DNA from: Labilithrix sp.
GTDB lineage: Bacteria > Myxococcota_A > Polyangia > Polyangiales > Polyangiaceae
DNA: 64,000 bases
NCBI GenBank assembly: GCA_046351255.1
Contig: JAXLYU010000009.1
Coordinates: 293,975-357,974 of the forward strand
Direction: 5' to 3'
Under the pieces are notes generated by a model, which was not told where the DNA came from, searched no databases, and saw nothing but the letters and a program-made list of their open reading frames with translations. Shown piece by piece: positions 28,403-38,378 of this stretch. How positions within the stretch are numbered: position 1 is the first letter of the stretch; every line of letters begins with the position of its first letter. A program made the position numbers and the translations under genes.

Positions 28403-30589
28403 TCAGCGCATGCGCGCGAGCAGCGCGAGCGCGCCGGCGCGCGCGCTGCCCGTGGCCGATCGAAGGGCGCCGGCGAAGGCGGTCTGGAGCTGCGGGGTTC
28501 GCATGCGGCCGGCCTCGACCTGGGCCGCCATGCGGGTGACCGCCTCGAGGTCGATCGCCTCGAGCTCGTGAAGACCGACCACCGCGGCGAGGCACACGCC
28601 GTCGTCCTCGTGCGTGAGGAGCTGGAGCAGGACCGAGCGCGCGCGCGTGCCCCACACCCGCGGCAGCGCGCGCGCGGCGGCGCGCGCCACGCTCGGCACC
28701 GGCGAGCGCGCGAAGCCGAGGACGAGCCGGCCCACGAGCTCGTCTTCGCCGTTCGGCACGCCGAGGAGGACGTCCTCCGCGAGCTCCGTCCCGCCGCGGC
28801 TCCGGCCCGCGGCGACGAGCTCGACCAGTCGCTCGAGCGCGGCGCGCACGACGGGGCGTGCCGCCGGTCCGAGCGACTTCATCGTGGTCACGAAGGCCAC
28901 GCGGACGTGCGACTCGGGCGGGAGCTTCGTGCGCGCCGCGTAGAGCGCCATCGCGCCCGCGGTGCGCGCCTGCGCGATGAGCTTCGACGCCACCTCCCGC
29001 TGCGGATCCTGCGCCGCCATCTTCAGGAAGCCGATCGCGATCGGGAGGAGGAAGTCGGGATCGGCAAAGAGGCGCGCCGTCGCGACCAGCGCGCTCCTCC
29101 CCGCATCGTCGCGGACGCTGTCGGCGAGACCCGTGACGACCACGAAGATACGCGAGAGCGTCTTCACGTCGGCGCGCTGCGCGAGGACTCGCGCTGCGCC
29201 GTCGAGCTCCTCGAGTCGCCGGAGCAACGCGCGCGGGCTCTGCTCGCGAGCCAGCTCGCCGAGCCATGCGCTCGCGTCCTTCGCGAGCCGGTCAGCGAGC
29301 GCATTCGCCGGCGCTTGCGAGGCCTGGATGTCGTAGCCGCTGCCGCGCTCGAGCCAGTCTTCGTCGGACGGCGGCGGCGCGGGACGGCGAGAGGACGGCG
29401 CGGGCTCGAACGACGAAGAGGGCGTCGGCACCTGGAGCACCGGCCCCGATGGCGCCGGCTCGGCGACGAGGAGCGCCTTCAGCTCGGCGCGAAGCTCCTT
29501 CATGCTCGGCTGGCGCTCCTCGCGATCCTTCGAGAGGGCCCGCTGCACGATGCGCTCGAAGCGCGGGTCGATGTCGGGGCGCCTGGAGGAGACGAGCGGG
29601 GCGGGCGAGCTCACGTGCATCTGCCGGAGCGTCGCGGCGTCGTTCGCGAAGAACGGCACCAAGCCGGTGGCGAGCTCGTACATCATGACCCCGCACGCAT
29701 AGAGATCGCTCCGCGCGTCGAGCTCCTCGCCGAGGCATTGCTCGGGCGACATGTACACGGGCGTCCCCGCCAGACGCTCGGCCACCTCGCCGGAGACGCT
29801 CGGCGGCACCGCGAAGCCGAAATCGAGCACCTTGATCGTCTCGACGCGGTTCCCGTCGTCGTCCTCCGTGGTGACGATCATGAGGTTGTCGGGCTTCACG
29901 TCACGATGGATGAAGCCGCGCGAGTGAGCGTGGCCGAGCCCGGCACAGACCTGGAGCATCAGCGCGACGATGCGGGGGATGTCGAACCTTCGCTGGTCGC
30001 GCTGCTGGAGCTCGCGCAGCGTCGCACCCTCGATGTACGACATCGCGATGTACAGCAGCCCGTCCGGCTCCTGCCCGAAGTCGAGGACGTTGATGAGGTT
30101 CGCGTGATTGAGGCGACTCATCGCGAGGGCCTCGGCGTAGAAGCGACGGCAGAACTCCGCGTCCTTCTGGAAGGCCTCGTGGAGGATCTTTACCGCCACG
30201 TCGCGCTTCAGCGTCGTGTGGCGGGCGCGGTAGACAGCGCCGATGCTGCCCTTGCCGATGCGCGAGAGGATCTCGAAGCGCCCCCCCGCGAGCGACGTCC
30301 GCCCGCGATCCGTTTTTCGGGTTCGATCGCTCGAGGGCTTCCCGGCGGTCGGTCGCGGGTGGAGGCGGAGGGCGCTGCCGCGCTCGTCTCCCATGCCGAG
30401 CGGCTCGGCGAGCAGCCGGATGGGCGCATCGCCATCGGCGGTGTAGATCTCGAGGACGTGCAGGCCGTCCCGCGCCGGCTTCTGCTCGAGCGGCACCCAG
30501 ACGTCGCCGCCCGCGCGCGCGGTCTCCTCCAGCGCGCGCGCGGCCTGCGCGGTGAGCGCCGCGATGAGGATCGGCAGCTTCTCGCCCAT
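28403..30589 (-). CDS. Ser/Thr protein kinase with a long C-terminal helical-repeat region
   Basis: Gly-loop GKGSIGAVY, VAVK, HRDVKPDNLM, DFG and SPEQ motifs. The C-terminal roughly 350 aa are Ala/Leu/Arg-rich. Confidence 0.85.
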   Translation of the reverse strand: MGEKLPILIAALTAQAARALEETARAGGDVWVPLEQKPARDGLHVLEIYTADGDAPIRLLAEPLGMGDERGSALRLHPRPTAGKPSSDRTRKTDRGRTSLAGGRFEILSRIGKGSIGAVYRARHTTLKRDVAVKILHEAFQKDAEFCRRFYAEALAMSRLNHANLINVLDFGQEPDGLLYIAMSYIEGATLRELQQRDQRRFDIPRIVALMLQVCAGLGHAHSRGFIHRDVKPDNLMIVTTEDDDGNRVETIKVLDFGFAVPPSVSGEVAERLAGTPVYMSPEQCLGEELDARSDLYACGVMMYELATGLVPFFANDAATLRQMHVSSPAPLVSSRRPDIDPRFERIVQRALSKDREERQPSMKELRAELKALLVAEPAPSGPVLQVPTPSSSFEPAPSSRRPAPPPSDEDWLERGSGYDIQASQAPANALADRLAKDASAWLGELAREQSPRALLRRLEELDGAARVLAQRADVKTLSRIFVVVTGLADSVRDDAGRSALVATARLFADPDFLLPIAIGFLKMAAQDPQREVASKLIAQARTAGAMALYAARTKLPPESHVRVAFVTTMKSLGPAARPVVRAALERLVELVAAGRSRGGTELAEDVLLGVPNGEDELVGRLVLGFARSPVPSVARAAARALPRVWGTRARSVLLQLLTHEDDGVCLAAVVGLHELEAIDLEAVTRMAAQVEAGRMRTPQLQTAFAGALRSATGSARAGALALLARMR

Positions 30590-30775
30590 CTTGCTCCACG
30601 TTATCAGGGGATCCGAGGCTCTCGCGTGGATGCGTACCCGTCTCGCAGCGACGCGCGGTCGTCATTTCGGCCGCCTGATGACCGCGCCGTGGCGACCTCG
30701 TGGGCCAAGGTGGGACGGGCGCGCATCGGCGGCTGCGTTCGAGCCTCGGCTGTCGTAGCCTCTTGGGTTGGGCCC

Positions 30776-31165
30776 ATGTCTCATCGGATCCTGCTCGTCG
30801 AAGACAACGAGACGAATCGAAATCTGCTCGTGCGACGGCTGTCGAAGCGTGGGTTCGAGATGACCATCGCCACCACGGGCATCGAGGCGCTCGAGAAGGC
30901 GCGGGCCGAGAAGCCCGATCTCGTGCTCATGGACCTCAGCCTCCCCGAGATGGACGGGTGGGAGGCGATGCGGCGACTCCGCGCAGACCCCGACAGCGCC
31001 ACGCTGCGCATCATCGCGCTGACCGCGCATGCGATGGCCGACGATCGGCGGAAGGCGACCGAGGCTGGCTGCGACGACTTCGACACGAAGCCCGTCGACA
31101 TCGATCGCCTCACGACGAAGATGATGGCGCTGCTCGCACGGCCCCACGGAGGCGCAGGGCCATGA
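30776..31165 (+). CDS. Single-domain response regulator (CheY-like receiver)
   Basis: RILLVEDNETNRNLL..DLVLMDLSLPEMDGWE..IIALTAHA..GCDDFDTKP. Its stop overlaps the start of the next gene (ATGA). Confidence 0.8.
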   Translation: MSHRILLVEDNETNRNLLVRRLSKRGFEMTIATTGIEALEKARAEKPDLVLMDLSLPEMDGWEAMRRLRADPDSATLRIIALTAHAMADDRRKATEAGCDDFDTKPVDIDRLTTKMMALLARPHGGAGP

Positions 31166-32946
31166 GCGAGCCCGTCGCGTCGTCGGGAAATCCCTCGTCG
31201 GGAAAGCCTCCGTCGTCGCCGATGCACATCCTCGTCGTCGACGACAACGAGGACAACCGGAACCTCCTGGCCCGCCGGCTCAAGGGGAAAGGGTACCTCG
31301 TCGACGTCGCGATCGATGGTCCGTCGGCGCTCGAGGCGTGCGCCAACGTCACGTACGACGCGATCCTCCTCGACGTGATGATGCCGGGTATGAGCGGCAT
31401 CGAGGTCCTCACGAAGCTCCGCGAGACGCACGCGAAGACCGAGCTCGCCGTCATCATGGCGACGGCGAAGAACGACAGCTCCTCCGTGGTCGATGCGCTC
31501 AAGAAGGGCGCGAACGACTACGTCACGAAACCCATCGATTTCCCCGTGCTCCTCGCGCGCCTCGAGACGCACCTCGCGATGAAGGCGGAGACAGCGAAGG
31601 CGGCCGCGGCCGCGGCCACCAAGGTCGACGTGACCTTCGGCATCACGCCGGGCACCGTCCTCGCCGACCGCTACGAGATCCTCGAGAAGTGCGGCGAAGG
31701 CGGCTTCGCGGTCGTGTATCGTGCGCGCCAGCTCTCGACGGATCGCGAGGTCGCGCTGAAGCACCTCCGCCCCGACGTCCTCGGGGCACACAGCGATCGC
31801 GTCCATCTCGAGCGCTTCGAGCGCGAGAGCAAGCTGATCGGCGACCTCAATCACTCGCACGTCGTTCGCCTGATCGACTCCGGCAGCGTGGCGGTGCGTC
31901 CGGGCTCGCCGCCGATCAAGCCGAAGGACGACAACGATCCCGCGGCGACGCCCACCCAGACCCGAAAGCGCCAGCCCGACGTCGACGCGATGAGCGTCCC
32001 GTACATCGTGATGGAGCTCCTCAAGGGTGAGTCGCTCGGCGATCTCATCGACCGCGAGGCGCCGCTCGAGGCGTCCCGCGCCATCGACATCATCCTCCCC
32101 GTGCTCAGCGCGCTCCACGCGGCGCACCTGAAGGGGGTCATCCATCGCGACGTGAAGCCGAGCAACATCATGCTCTCGACCGACGCGCGCGGCGTTGTGG
32201 AGCCGAAGGTGCTCGATTTCGGCATCGCCAAGCTCACCAAGCAGGACGACAAGGACCTGACGATCACCTCGTCGCTCGTCGGTACGCCGCGGTACATGCC
32301 GCCGGAGCAAGCCTTCGGCAAGAAGGACCTCGACACGCGCGTCGACCAGTTCTCCGCCGCCGCCGTGCTCTACCAGATGCTCACCGGTCGTCCGCTGTAC
32401 AGCGGCGAGAGCTATCTCGAGCTCGTGAGCAACGTGCTCGCGGGCACGTTCGCGCCGATCGACGAGGCGAGGCCCGGCCTCGAGCCGGACCTCGTCGCGG
32501 CCGTCACCCGCGCCCTCTCGAGCAAGCGCGAGGACCGTTACCCGACCATGCTCGCGTTCGGGCGCGTGCTCTTGCCCTTCGCGACGGAGCGCGGGCGCCG
32601 CCGCTGGACGGACGAGTTCGCGAACGCGTCTCTCGGACCGCCGCCGCCCGAGCTCCTGACCACGAAGAGCGAGGCGAAGCCCGAGCCCATCAGCGAGCCC
32701 GAGCCGAAGACGCCGCCCACGCTGCCGGAGGAGAAGGCGAAAGGCGAGACGGTCGCCGAGCCCGCGTCCGAGCCCGCGCCGGCGTCCGAGCCCGCGCCGG
32801 CGTCCGAGCCCGAGGCGCCGTCCGAGCCCGAGGCCGCGCCCGTCGCGCTCGCCCCCGCGCCGCGGACCGGGCCGAAGTGGGAACGGATCGCGCTCTTCGC
32901 GTTCGCCGTCCTGATCGTCTCGTACCTACTCGCTCGTTATCTCTGA
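31162..32946 (+). CDS. Receiver-domain / Ser/Thr protein kinase fusion with a C-terminal TM anchor
   Basis: N-terminal receiver ([34 protein letters not shown]). The kinase domain has [26 protein letters not shown] and PPEQ. A PASEPA tandem repeat linker precedes a terminal hydrophobic helix ([19 protein letters not shown]). Confidence 0.85.
   Translation: MSEPVASSGNPSSGKPPSSPMHILVVDDNEDNRNLLARRLKGKGYLVDVAIDGPSALEACANVTYDAILLDVMMPGMSGIEVLTKLRETHAKTELAVIMATAKNDSSSVVDALKKGANDYVTKPIDFPVLLARLETHLAMKAETAKAAAAAATKVDVTFGITPGTVLADRYEILEKCGEGGFAVVYRARQLSTDREVALKHLRPDVLGAHSDRVHLERFERESKLIGDLNHSHVVRLIDSGSVAVRPGSPPIKPKDDNDPAATPTQTRKRQPDVDAMSVPYIVMELLKGESLGDLIDREAPLEASRAIDIILPVLSALHAAHLKGVIHRDVKPSNIMLSTDARGVVEPKVLDFGIAKLTKQDDKDLTITSSLVGTPRYMPPEQAFGKKDLDTRVDQFSAAAVLYQMLTGRPLYSGESYLELVSNVLAGTFAPIDEARPGLEPDLVAAVTRALSSKREDRYPTMLAFGRVLLPFATERGRRRWTDEFANASLGPPPPELLTTKSEAKPEPISEPEPKTPPTLPEEKAKGETVAEPASEPAPASEPAPASEPEAPSEPEAAPVALAPAPRTGPKWERIALFAFAVLIVSYLLARYL
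32761..32836. repeat. 18-bp tandem repeat x4 encoding PASEPA/PSEPEA units in the REC-STK fusion linker
   Basis: gcgtccgagcccgcgccg unit repeated with minor substitutions. Confidence 0.7.
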
Positions 32947-35238
32947 TTCGGGCAAGTGATCGAGCCCGATCCGCGTCCGGATCTCGTCGGCGATCAGCGT
33001 GAGTAGCTCCGAGCGGCTGTGCGCCTTCTTCTCGATGACCTGCTGCGTGGTCGCGGCGAGCCTCTCGCGGTCCGCGTCGGTGAGCATCTGCGCCGTCGCC
33101 ACGATCACCGGTACGTGCGCGTAGCGCTCCATGGCACGGAGGTGGTGGAGGAACATCATGCCGTCCATGACGGGCATCATGAGGTCGAGGACGATGACCT
33201 GCGGGTTGGCCTCGTCGAGGCGATCGAGGGCGATCTTCCCGTTCGCCGCCTCGACGACGATATGCCCGGCGGAGCGGAGCGTGCGCGTCATCAGCTCACG
33301 GGTCGGCTCGTCGTCCTCGACGACGAGGACGCGGCCCGTATCGGTCGGCACGTGGCGGCGGAGCACCTCCACGAGCGTGCGCGGCTGGAGCGGCTTGATG
33401 AGGTAGTCGACGGCTCCGAGGGCGCGCCCGACCTCCTCCTGGTGCATCACGGTGAGCATCACGACCGGGATCGACGAGGTCTTCTCCGACAGCTTGAGCG
33501 CGGAGAGCACGTCCCAGCCGCTCATCCGCGGCATGTTCACGTCGAGGACGATGGCCGCGGGGCGGAGGCGCGCGGCGAGCTCGATGCCGGTCTGGCCGCT
33601 CGAGGCGACCTCGACGTGGAAGCCGCGCTTCGAGAGGACACGCGCGACGAGCTCACGGTCGTTCTCCTCGTCGTCGATGACGAGGATGACGGGCGCGTTG
33701 CTGGCGCTGTCCTCGCGGGCCGCGCTCTCGGCGTCGGACCTCCCGTCTCCGGGCGGGAGGCAGATGCGGATCGTGGTGCCTTTGCCCTTCTCGCTCTCGA
33801 GCTCGATCGTCCCGCCCATCATCTCGGTGAGGCGCTTGCAGATGACGAGACCGAGGCCCGTGCCACCGTACTCGCGCGTCGTCGAGGAGTCGGCCTGGAC
33901 GAAGGGCTGGAAGAGCTTCGCTTGCTGCTCCTTCGTGATGCCGATGCCCGTGTCGGTGACGTCGAACTGGACCCAGCGCACCCCGTCTCTCTCGACGTTT
34001 CGCGCCGAGATCGACACCGTCCCTTCCTTCGTGAACTTGTTCGCGTTGCTGACGACGTTGAAGAGCACCTGCCGGAGGCGCGTGCGGTCGGCACGGACCA
34101 GGCTGATCCCGTCCTCGATCGTCGCCACGATGCGGTTCTTGTTGTTCTCGGCGACGGGCTTGATCGTCTCCTCGACGCTGCCGATGAGATCGGAGACGGG
34201 GAAGTTCTCGGTGACGAGCTCGACGCGATCGGCCTCGATCTTCGAGATGTCGAGGACGTCGTCGATGAGGGTGAGGAGGTGGCCGCCCGCCTTCCGGATG
34301 ACCTTCATGTCCTCGTGCATCTGGGAGTCGGCGTCGAGCTCCTCCATCGCCATCTCGCTGTAGCCGATGATGGCGTTGAGCGGCGTCCGGAGCTCGTGGC
34401 TCATGTTCGCGAGGAACTCGCTCTTGGCGCGGCTCGCGGCGAGCGCGGCGTCACGCGCCTTCTCGAGGGCGCGGTTCGCCTGGACCATCGCCTCGGCGCG
34501 CTCGAGGCGCTCGGTGATGTCGCGCTTCACGGCGACGTGGTGCGTGAAGCGGCCGGATTTGTCGGCGATCGGCACGATCGTGGTGTCGAAATGGATGTAG
34601 CGGCCGGCGCGCGACTTCGAGACGAACGTGCCCTCGAACGTCTCGCCGCGCGTGAGCGTGTCGTCGAGGTTCTTCCAGAACTCGGGCGGGTGGTAGTCGC
34701 TGCGAACGAGCTGCGCCGGCGTTTTGCCGATCGCCTCCGTCCGCGCGATCCCGAGGACGCGTTCGTAGGAGGGATTCACGTACTGGAATCGCGCCTGCGG
34801 ATCCGTCACCTCGATGACGTCGCTCGTGCGCTCGATGGCGAGGGCGAAGAGTCGGTGCATCGTGCGGTCGCGCCAGGTCGGCTGGACGCCGAGGTAGGTG
34901 ACGCGCATCGCGACCTCGCCGGGCTTCGTCGGCTTGAGCACGAAGTCGGACGGGAGGCGCACGAGGTCGATGGCGCGCGGCGCTTCGCTGGGCTCGAGCA
35001 CCGCGAGGATGTGGCAGTGCACCTGGCTCGCCGCCTCGACGGCGGCGAGGCCCTCGACGACCGCCACCACCGCCTGCGGCGGCGCAGGCTCGTCGGGCTT
35101 CCAGTTGACGACGATGTGTCCGGCGCCGGCGAGCTCGGCGGTGAGCGGACCGCGCGCCTCGTCCGACACCGAGAGCAACACGAAGACGCTGCGTGGAAGC
35201 ATGGCGTGGGACGCCTTGAACGATTTCGGGATGCTCAC
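32926..35238 (-). CDS. Hybrid sensor histidine kinase with PAS domain and two C-terminal receiver domains (plus a degenerate N-terminal receiver-like region)
   Basis: PAS ([28 protein letters not shown]). H-box is [18 protein letters not shown]-box is [13 protein letters not shown]1 is DTGIGI and G2 is GGTGLGLVI. Receivers: [26 protein letters not shown] and [25 protein letters not shown]. The start may be the internal Met at 35202. Confidence 0.85.
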   Translation of the reverse strand: MSIPKSFKASHAMLPRSVFVLLSVSDEARGPLTAELAGAGHIVVNWKPDEPAPPQAVVAVVEGLAAVEAASQVHCHILAVLEPSEAPRAIDLVRLPSDFVLKPTKPGEVAMRVTYLGVQPTWRDRTMHRLFALAIERTSDVIEVTDPQARFQYVNPSYERVLGIARTEAIGKTPAQLVRSDYHPPEFWKNLDDTLTRGETFEGTFVSKSRAGRYIHFDTTIVPIADKSGRFTHHVAVKRDITERLERAEAMVQANRALEKARDAALAASRAKSEFLANMSHELRTPLNAIIGYSEMAMEELDADSQMHEDMKVIRKAGGHLLTLIDDVLDISKIEADRVELVTENFPVSDLIGSVEETIKPVAENNKNRIVATIEDGISLVRADRTRLRQVLFNVVSNANKFTKEGTVSISARNVERDGVRWVQFDVTDTGIGITKEQQAKLFQPFVQADSSTTREYGGTGLGLVICKRLTEMMGGTIELESEKGKGTTIRICLPPGDGRSDAESAAREDSASNAPVILVIDDEENDRELVARVLSKRGFHVEVASSGQTGIELAARLRPAAIVLDVNMPRMSGWDVLSALKLSEKTSSIPVVMLTVMHQEEVGRALGAVDYLIKPLQPRTLVEVLRRHVPTDTGRVLVVEDDEPTRELMTRTLRSAGHIVVEAANGKIALDRLDEANPQVIVLDLMMPVMDGMMFLHHLRAMERYAHVPVIVATAQMLTDADRERLAATTQQVIEKKAHSRSELLTLIADEIRTRIGLDHLPESEITSE

Positions 35239-35279
35239 GCCCGCATCGTAGAATCAGGCGGCGGCCACGGCTACCGTCC

Positions 35280-35999
35280 TCAGTAGGCGTGGGCCACGTA
35301 ACCGGCGGCTTGCGAATACTCCCGGTACGCCTCGAGGACGATCTTCGTGTACTCGCCATTGATCTGCGTGCAGCTCTTCGTGCTGCCGTAGCTGTTGTAG
35401 TTGCCAATGGCCATCATGGTGTACTGGTCCGTGGTGCAGCCGGGGAACTGCTCGACCACCTGCCCGCGGTTCCCGGCGATCCCCGACACGCCGACGTCGA
35501 TGTTCACATCCGGGTTGAAGACGGAGCCGGCGTAGCCCACCGCCGACGTATCGGTGGTGAGGTTCGGGTGGCCGTTCGAGAGCAGCACCGTCTTCGGGGT
35601 GCTGTTGCACGCGGGCACGATCTGCATGAGGCCGTAGCAGCGGGACTCCTCGTTCGTCCAGCCGGCGGGCTGGTTGCACGGGAGGTTCGGGCAGGCCACC
35701 GACGTGCGATCGAAGCGCGACTCGACGTAGATGATGGCCTTGAAGATCATCGGGTCGGGCTCGTGGTACTTCGCGGTCGCGGCGAGGATCGCGCAGTCGA
35801 AGGCGTCCACGTTGACGCCCGTCTGCTTCGCGACGAGCCCGGTCCGTAGCTTCGACGCGTCGCACCCCGTGGCGGGGGTGACGCCTCCCGCGTCGCTCCT
35901 GCCCGCGCCCGCCCCCGCGCCCGCGTCGCTCGCGCTCGGCTCATCGGAGCTGCACGCCGCCAGACCGACCAAGGAGAAGAGGAGAAGCGCGCTCCGCAT
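35280..35999 (-). CDS. Lytic transglycosylase (SLT-domain)-like lipoprotein
   Basis: Signal peptide plus lipobox (MRSALLLFSLVGLAACSS). SLT-type motifs IIYVESRFD (catalytic Glu-Ser) and YGLMQI. Confidence 0.6.
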   Translation of the reverse strand: MRSALLLFSLVGLAACSSDEPSASDAGAGAGAGRSDAGGVTPATGCDASKLRTGLVAKQTGVNVDAFDCAILAATAKYHEPDPMIFKAIIYVESRFDRTSVACPNLPCNQPAGWTNEESRCYGLMQIVPACNSTPKTVLLSNGHPNLTTDTSAVGYAGSVFNPDVNIDVGVSGIAGNRGQVVEQFPGCTTDQYTMMAIGNYNSYGSTKSCTQINGEYTKIVLEAYREYSQAAGYVAHAY

Positions 36000-36130
36000 G
36001 GTCTCGTCGGCGTAACACACTTCCGGGAGCGGTGCCGATGCGCCAATCGCTTGTCCCCATGCGCCAGCATCACGTTTGCCGCCGCGCTACGCAGCGGCCT
36101 CGTGGACACTTCGAGATCGGAGGAATCCCG

Positions 36131-36526
36131 ATGAAGAAGCGAAGCTTGATCGCCGGCGCGACGGCGCTCGTCTGCGCGACGATCGCCGCCGTGGTCGTCG
36201 CCGCGCCGAACGACCGGCCCGGCAACGGAGGCGCACCGCGCGGAAATGATGACGAGAACTGGCCGGCGTCGTGCGCGGGGCCGACCCTCGTGGACAAGGT
36301 CCTCTGCCCGAGCTCCATCAACTACAACGAGACGACGAGCGCGCCGGGCTGGTCTCCGAATACGGAGGTGAAGAGCGCGCCCTTTGCCGGCTACGAGATG
36401 GGGCCCAACGCGAAGCTCCAATGCAATTACACGGCGGACGGCACGGACAAGCTGACCATCCACAAGACGAGCCCGAAGGCCTGTGTGGCCGCGAAGAAAT
36501 TCGGCGGCTTCAACTGTTGCAAGTGA
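36131..36526 (+). CDS. Small secreted protein (131 aa) ending ..GGFNCCK; paralog of the next gene
   Basis: Signal peptide MKKRSLIAGATALVCATIAAVVVAAP. Six Cys in the mature part. C-terminal ..KKFGGFNCCK. Confidence 0.5.
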   Translation: MKKRSLIAGATALVCATIAAVVVAAPNDRPGNGGAPRGNDDENWPASCAGPTLVDKVLCPSSINYNETTSAPGWSPNTEVKSAPFAGYEMGPNAKLQCNYTADGTDKLTIHKTSPKACVAAKKFGGFNCCK

Positions 36527-36536
36527 GAGGGAAACC

Positions 36537-37112
36537 ATGAGCTACAGATCGACGCTCGCGCTCGCCGCCGTGATTGGTATTTCGCTAGTCGCGATTCCCG
36601 GACCCGCCGACGCTCAACCCCAGTGTCAGTCTCCCTATGCCTGGGCCGTGGCCTGCAACAAATGCGTGCATCAGTCGGCCGAGCGATGCTGCGCCTCCGG
36701 CGTGGTCGTGCAGGCGAGCCAGGCGTGCCCCGCGCAGGCAACGCCCGGCAAACCGGGAATCACGCCGCCGAGCAATCCCGGTAGTCCGGGGAGCGGCGGT
36801 GTCCTTCCGGGCGGGGTGCATTCGAGCGGCTGCACATCGAACTTCGATTGCCCGGCTGCGAGCACGGTCAACGTCGTTCGCACGCCGATCGCGCCGGCGG
36901 GCTGGAGCGCCGGGCAGGGCTCGACCGCCCACGTCACGAAGATCTCCGACGAGAACAGTGATCGCACGCTCGACACGACCCAGGCGGACGGCATCATGAC
37001 CTGCCGCTACGCGATGGGCGCGTCGATGGTGGCGATCAAGCGCCGTCGAAACGAGGGCGGCAAGACGTGCACCGCCATCTCCTCGATCGGCGACGGCTTC
37101 TGCTGCCAGTAG
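36537..37112 (+). CDS. Small secreted protein (191 aa) ending ..GDGFCCQ; paralog of the preceding gene
   Basis: Signal peptide MSYRSTLALAAVIGISLVAIPGPADA. Cys-rich with a Pro/Gly/Ser linker. The C-terminal architecture is the same (..GGKTCTAISSIGDGFCCQ). The ATG is 10 nt after the previous stop. Confidence 0.5.
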   Translation: MSYRSTLALAAVIGISLVAIPGPADAQPQCQSPYAWAVACNKCVHQSAERCCASGVVVQASQACPAQATPGKPGITPPSNPGSPGSGGVLPGGVHSSGCTSNFDCPAASTVNVVRTPIAPAGWSAGQGSTAHVTKISDENSDRTLDTTQADGIMTCRYAMGASMVAIKRRRNEGGKTCTAISSIGDGFCCQ

Positions 37113-37121
37113 CGCAGCTGG

Positions 37122-37748
37122 TCAGGGGGCCGCGGGCGCGGGCGCGGGCGGTGGTGGCGTGGTGCAGATCGCCGGCACCTTCGTTCGCGTCTTGCACTTC
37201 GCTCGCGCGTCCGCCTCGGCGGTGGTGTCGCCCGCCGCCTTCTCCAGCTCGGCCAGCGCGGCGTACGCGTGGGCGCTGCCCATGAGGTCCTTGTCGCGAA
37301 GCGTGCGGAGCATCGTCGTCGCCGTGGCGGTCTGCGCCGGGATGCGCGAGAGGATCTCGCCGTAGTCCGCCTGCGTCGCCGGATCGGGCTTCGCGCCGAG
37401 GACCTGCCGCTCGTAAATTTTCTTCGCCTCCTCGCGGTTCGCGGCCGTCGACTTCGGGTCACGCGAGAGGAGCAGCGCCCTGGCGCGGGCCGCGCGACGC
37501 ACGAGCCCTGGGGGCGGAGGGACGGTCGGGCCGTCGATGTGCAGGTTTCGTTCCTCGGCCTTCTTCGCGTCGTTCAGGTAGCCGTAGACCCAGTCGAGCC
37601 ACTTCTTCGCCTTGTCGAGATCGTTCGCGTCGAGCGCCGCGTCCACCACCTTGAGGTTCTTGACGCTCTGCTCCATGTCCGCCTGCGTGGCGTTGAGGCA
37701 GAGCACGGCGAGGATCGAGGCGGCGAAGGCGGGGAGGTGGGCGGCCAT
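37122..37748 (-). CDS. Secreted hypothetical protein (about 208 aa)
   Basis: The internal Met at 37748 is followed by a signal-like segment (MAAHLPAFAASILAVLCLNA) and then a helical Lys/Ala/Asp-rich body. The N-terminal extension of the ORF is Arg/Ser-rich and unlikely to be translated. Confidence 0.4.
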   Translation of the reverse strand: MAAHLPAFAASILAVLCLNATQADMEQSVKNLKVVDAALDANDLDKAKKWLDWVYGYLNDAKKAEERNLHIDGPTVPPPPGLVRRAARARALLLSRDPKSTAANREEAKKIYERQVLGAKPDPATQADYGEILSRIPAQTATATTMLRTLRDKDLMGSAHAYAALAELEKAAGDTTAEADARAKCKTRTKVPAICTTPPPPAPAPAAP

Positions 37749-37884
37749 GGCGCTTCCGTGCTTGGACGGACCTTGCCTCGGATCCTTCAAACGCGCCGCC
37801 GAGGATCGCGCATCCGACGTGATATCCGGCCCTTGCGCGGGTCCGGTCGCGTGAGCATATCCATGCCGGCCGAGACCATGCGTC

Positions 37885-38322
37885 ATGACCTCCCTCGAGC
37901 CCAGCCTCGTCCTGCGCATCCCACGCGCTGCGCTCGCACGTCGTGACGCGGTCCAGCGCCTCTCGGCCACCTGGCAGGGACGGAGCCTCTTTGCCTTCAA
38001 GTGTGACGAGCTCGAGTTCGCGCGCGCTCTGCTCGAGCGGCGCACGAACCTGTGGCTCTATCGCACGAGCCAGCGCGCGTTCGCGGGCGACTTCCTCGTG
38101 GTCGACGTATCGAGCCCGCCCGCCCAGGCCGGCCGCCGCCGCGTCGTCGTCGTCGAGCTGAAGCGCGGCGATCCGTTGCGCGTCGCGCAGCCGACCGCGG
38201 TGCAGCTTCGCAACACGCCGGCGGCCGTCCGTGAGCTCGCAGAGACCGGCGTGGTCAACGAAGGCTGCGACGTGCGCGCCGTCATCGGCGACGCTGACGC
38301 GGTCCTCGACTACCTGTCCTGA
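37885..38322 (+). CDS. Small hypothetical protein (145 aa) with a PD-(D/E)xK-nuclease-like core motif
   Basis: GDFLVVDVS..(12 aa)..RVVVVELKRG. A hydrophobic strand ends in Asp, followed by a hydrophobic strand and E-x-K. This is the spacing of restriction-endonuclease-fold active sites. It is a motif-level call only. Confidence 0.4.
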   Translation: MTSLEPSLVLRIPRAALARRDAVQRLSATWQGRSLFAFKCDELEFARALLERRTNLWLYRTSQRAFAGDFLVVDVSSPPAQAGRRRVVVVELKRGDPLRVAQPTAVQLRNTPAAVRELAETGVVNEGCDVRAVIGDADAVLDYLS

Positions 38323-38378
38323 GCGTCAGGCGAGCGCGCTCGCTTTTGACCGACTCGTGACGAGACCGTGACCGGTGC

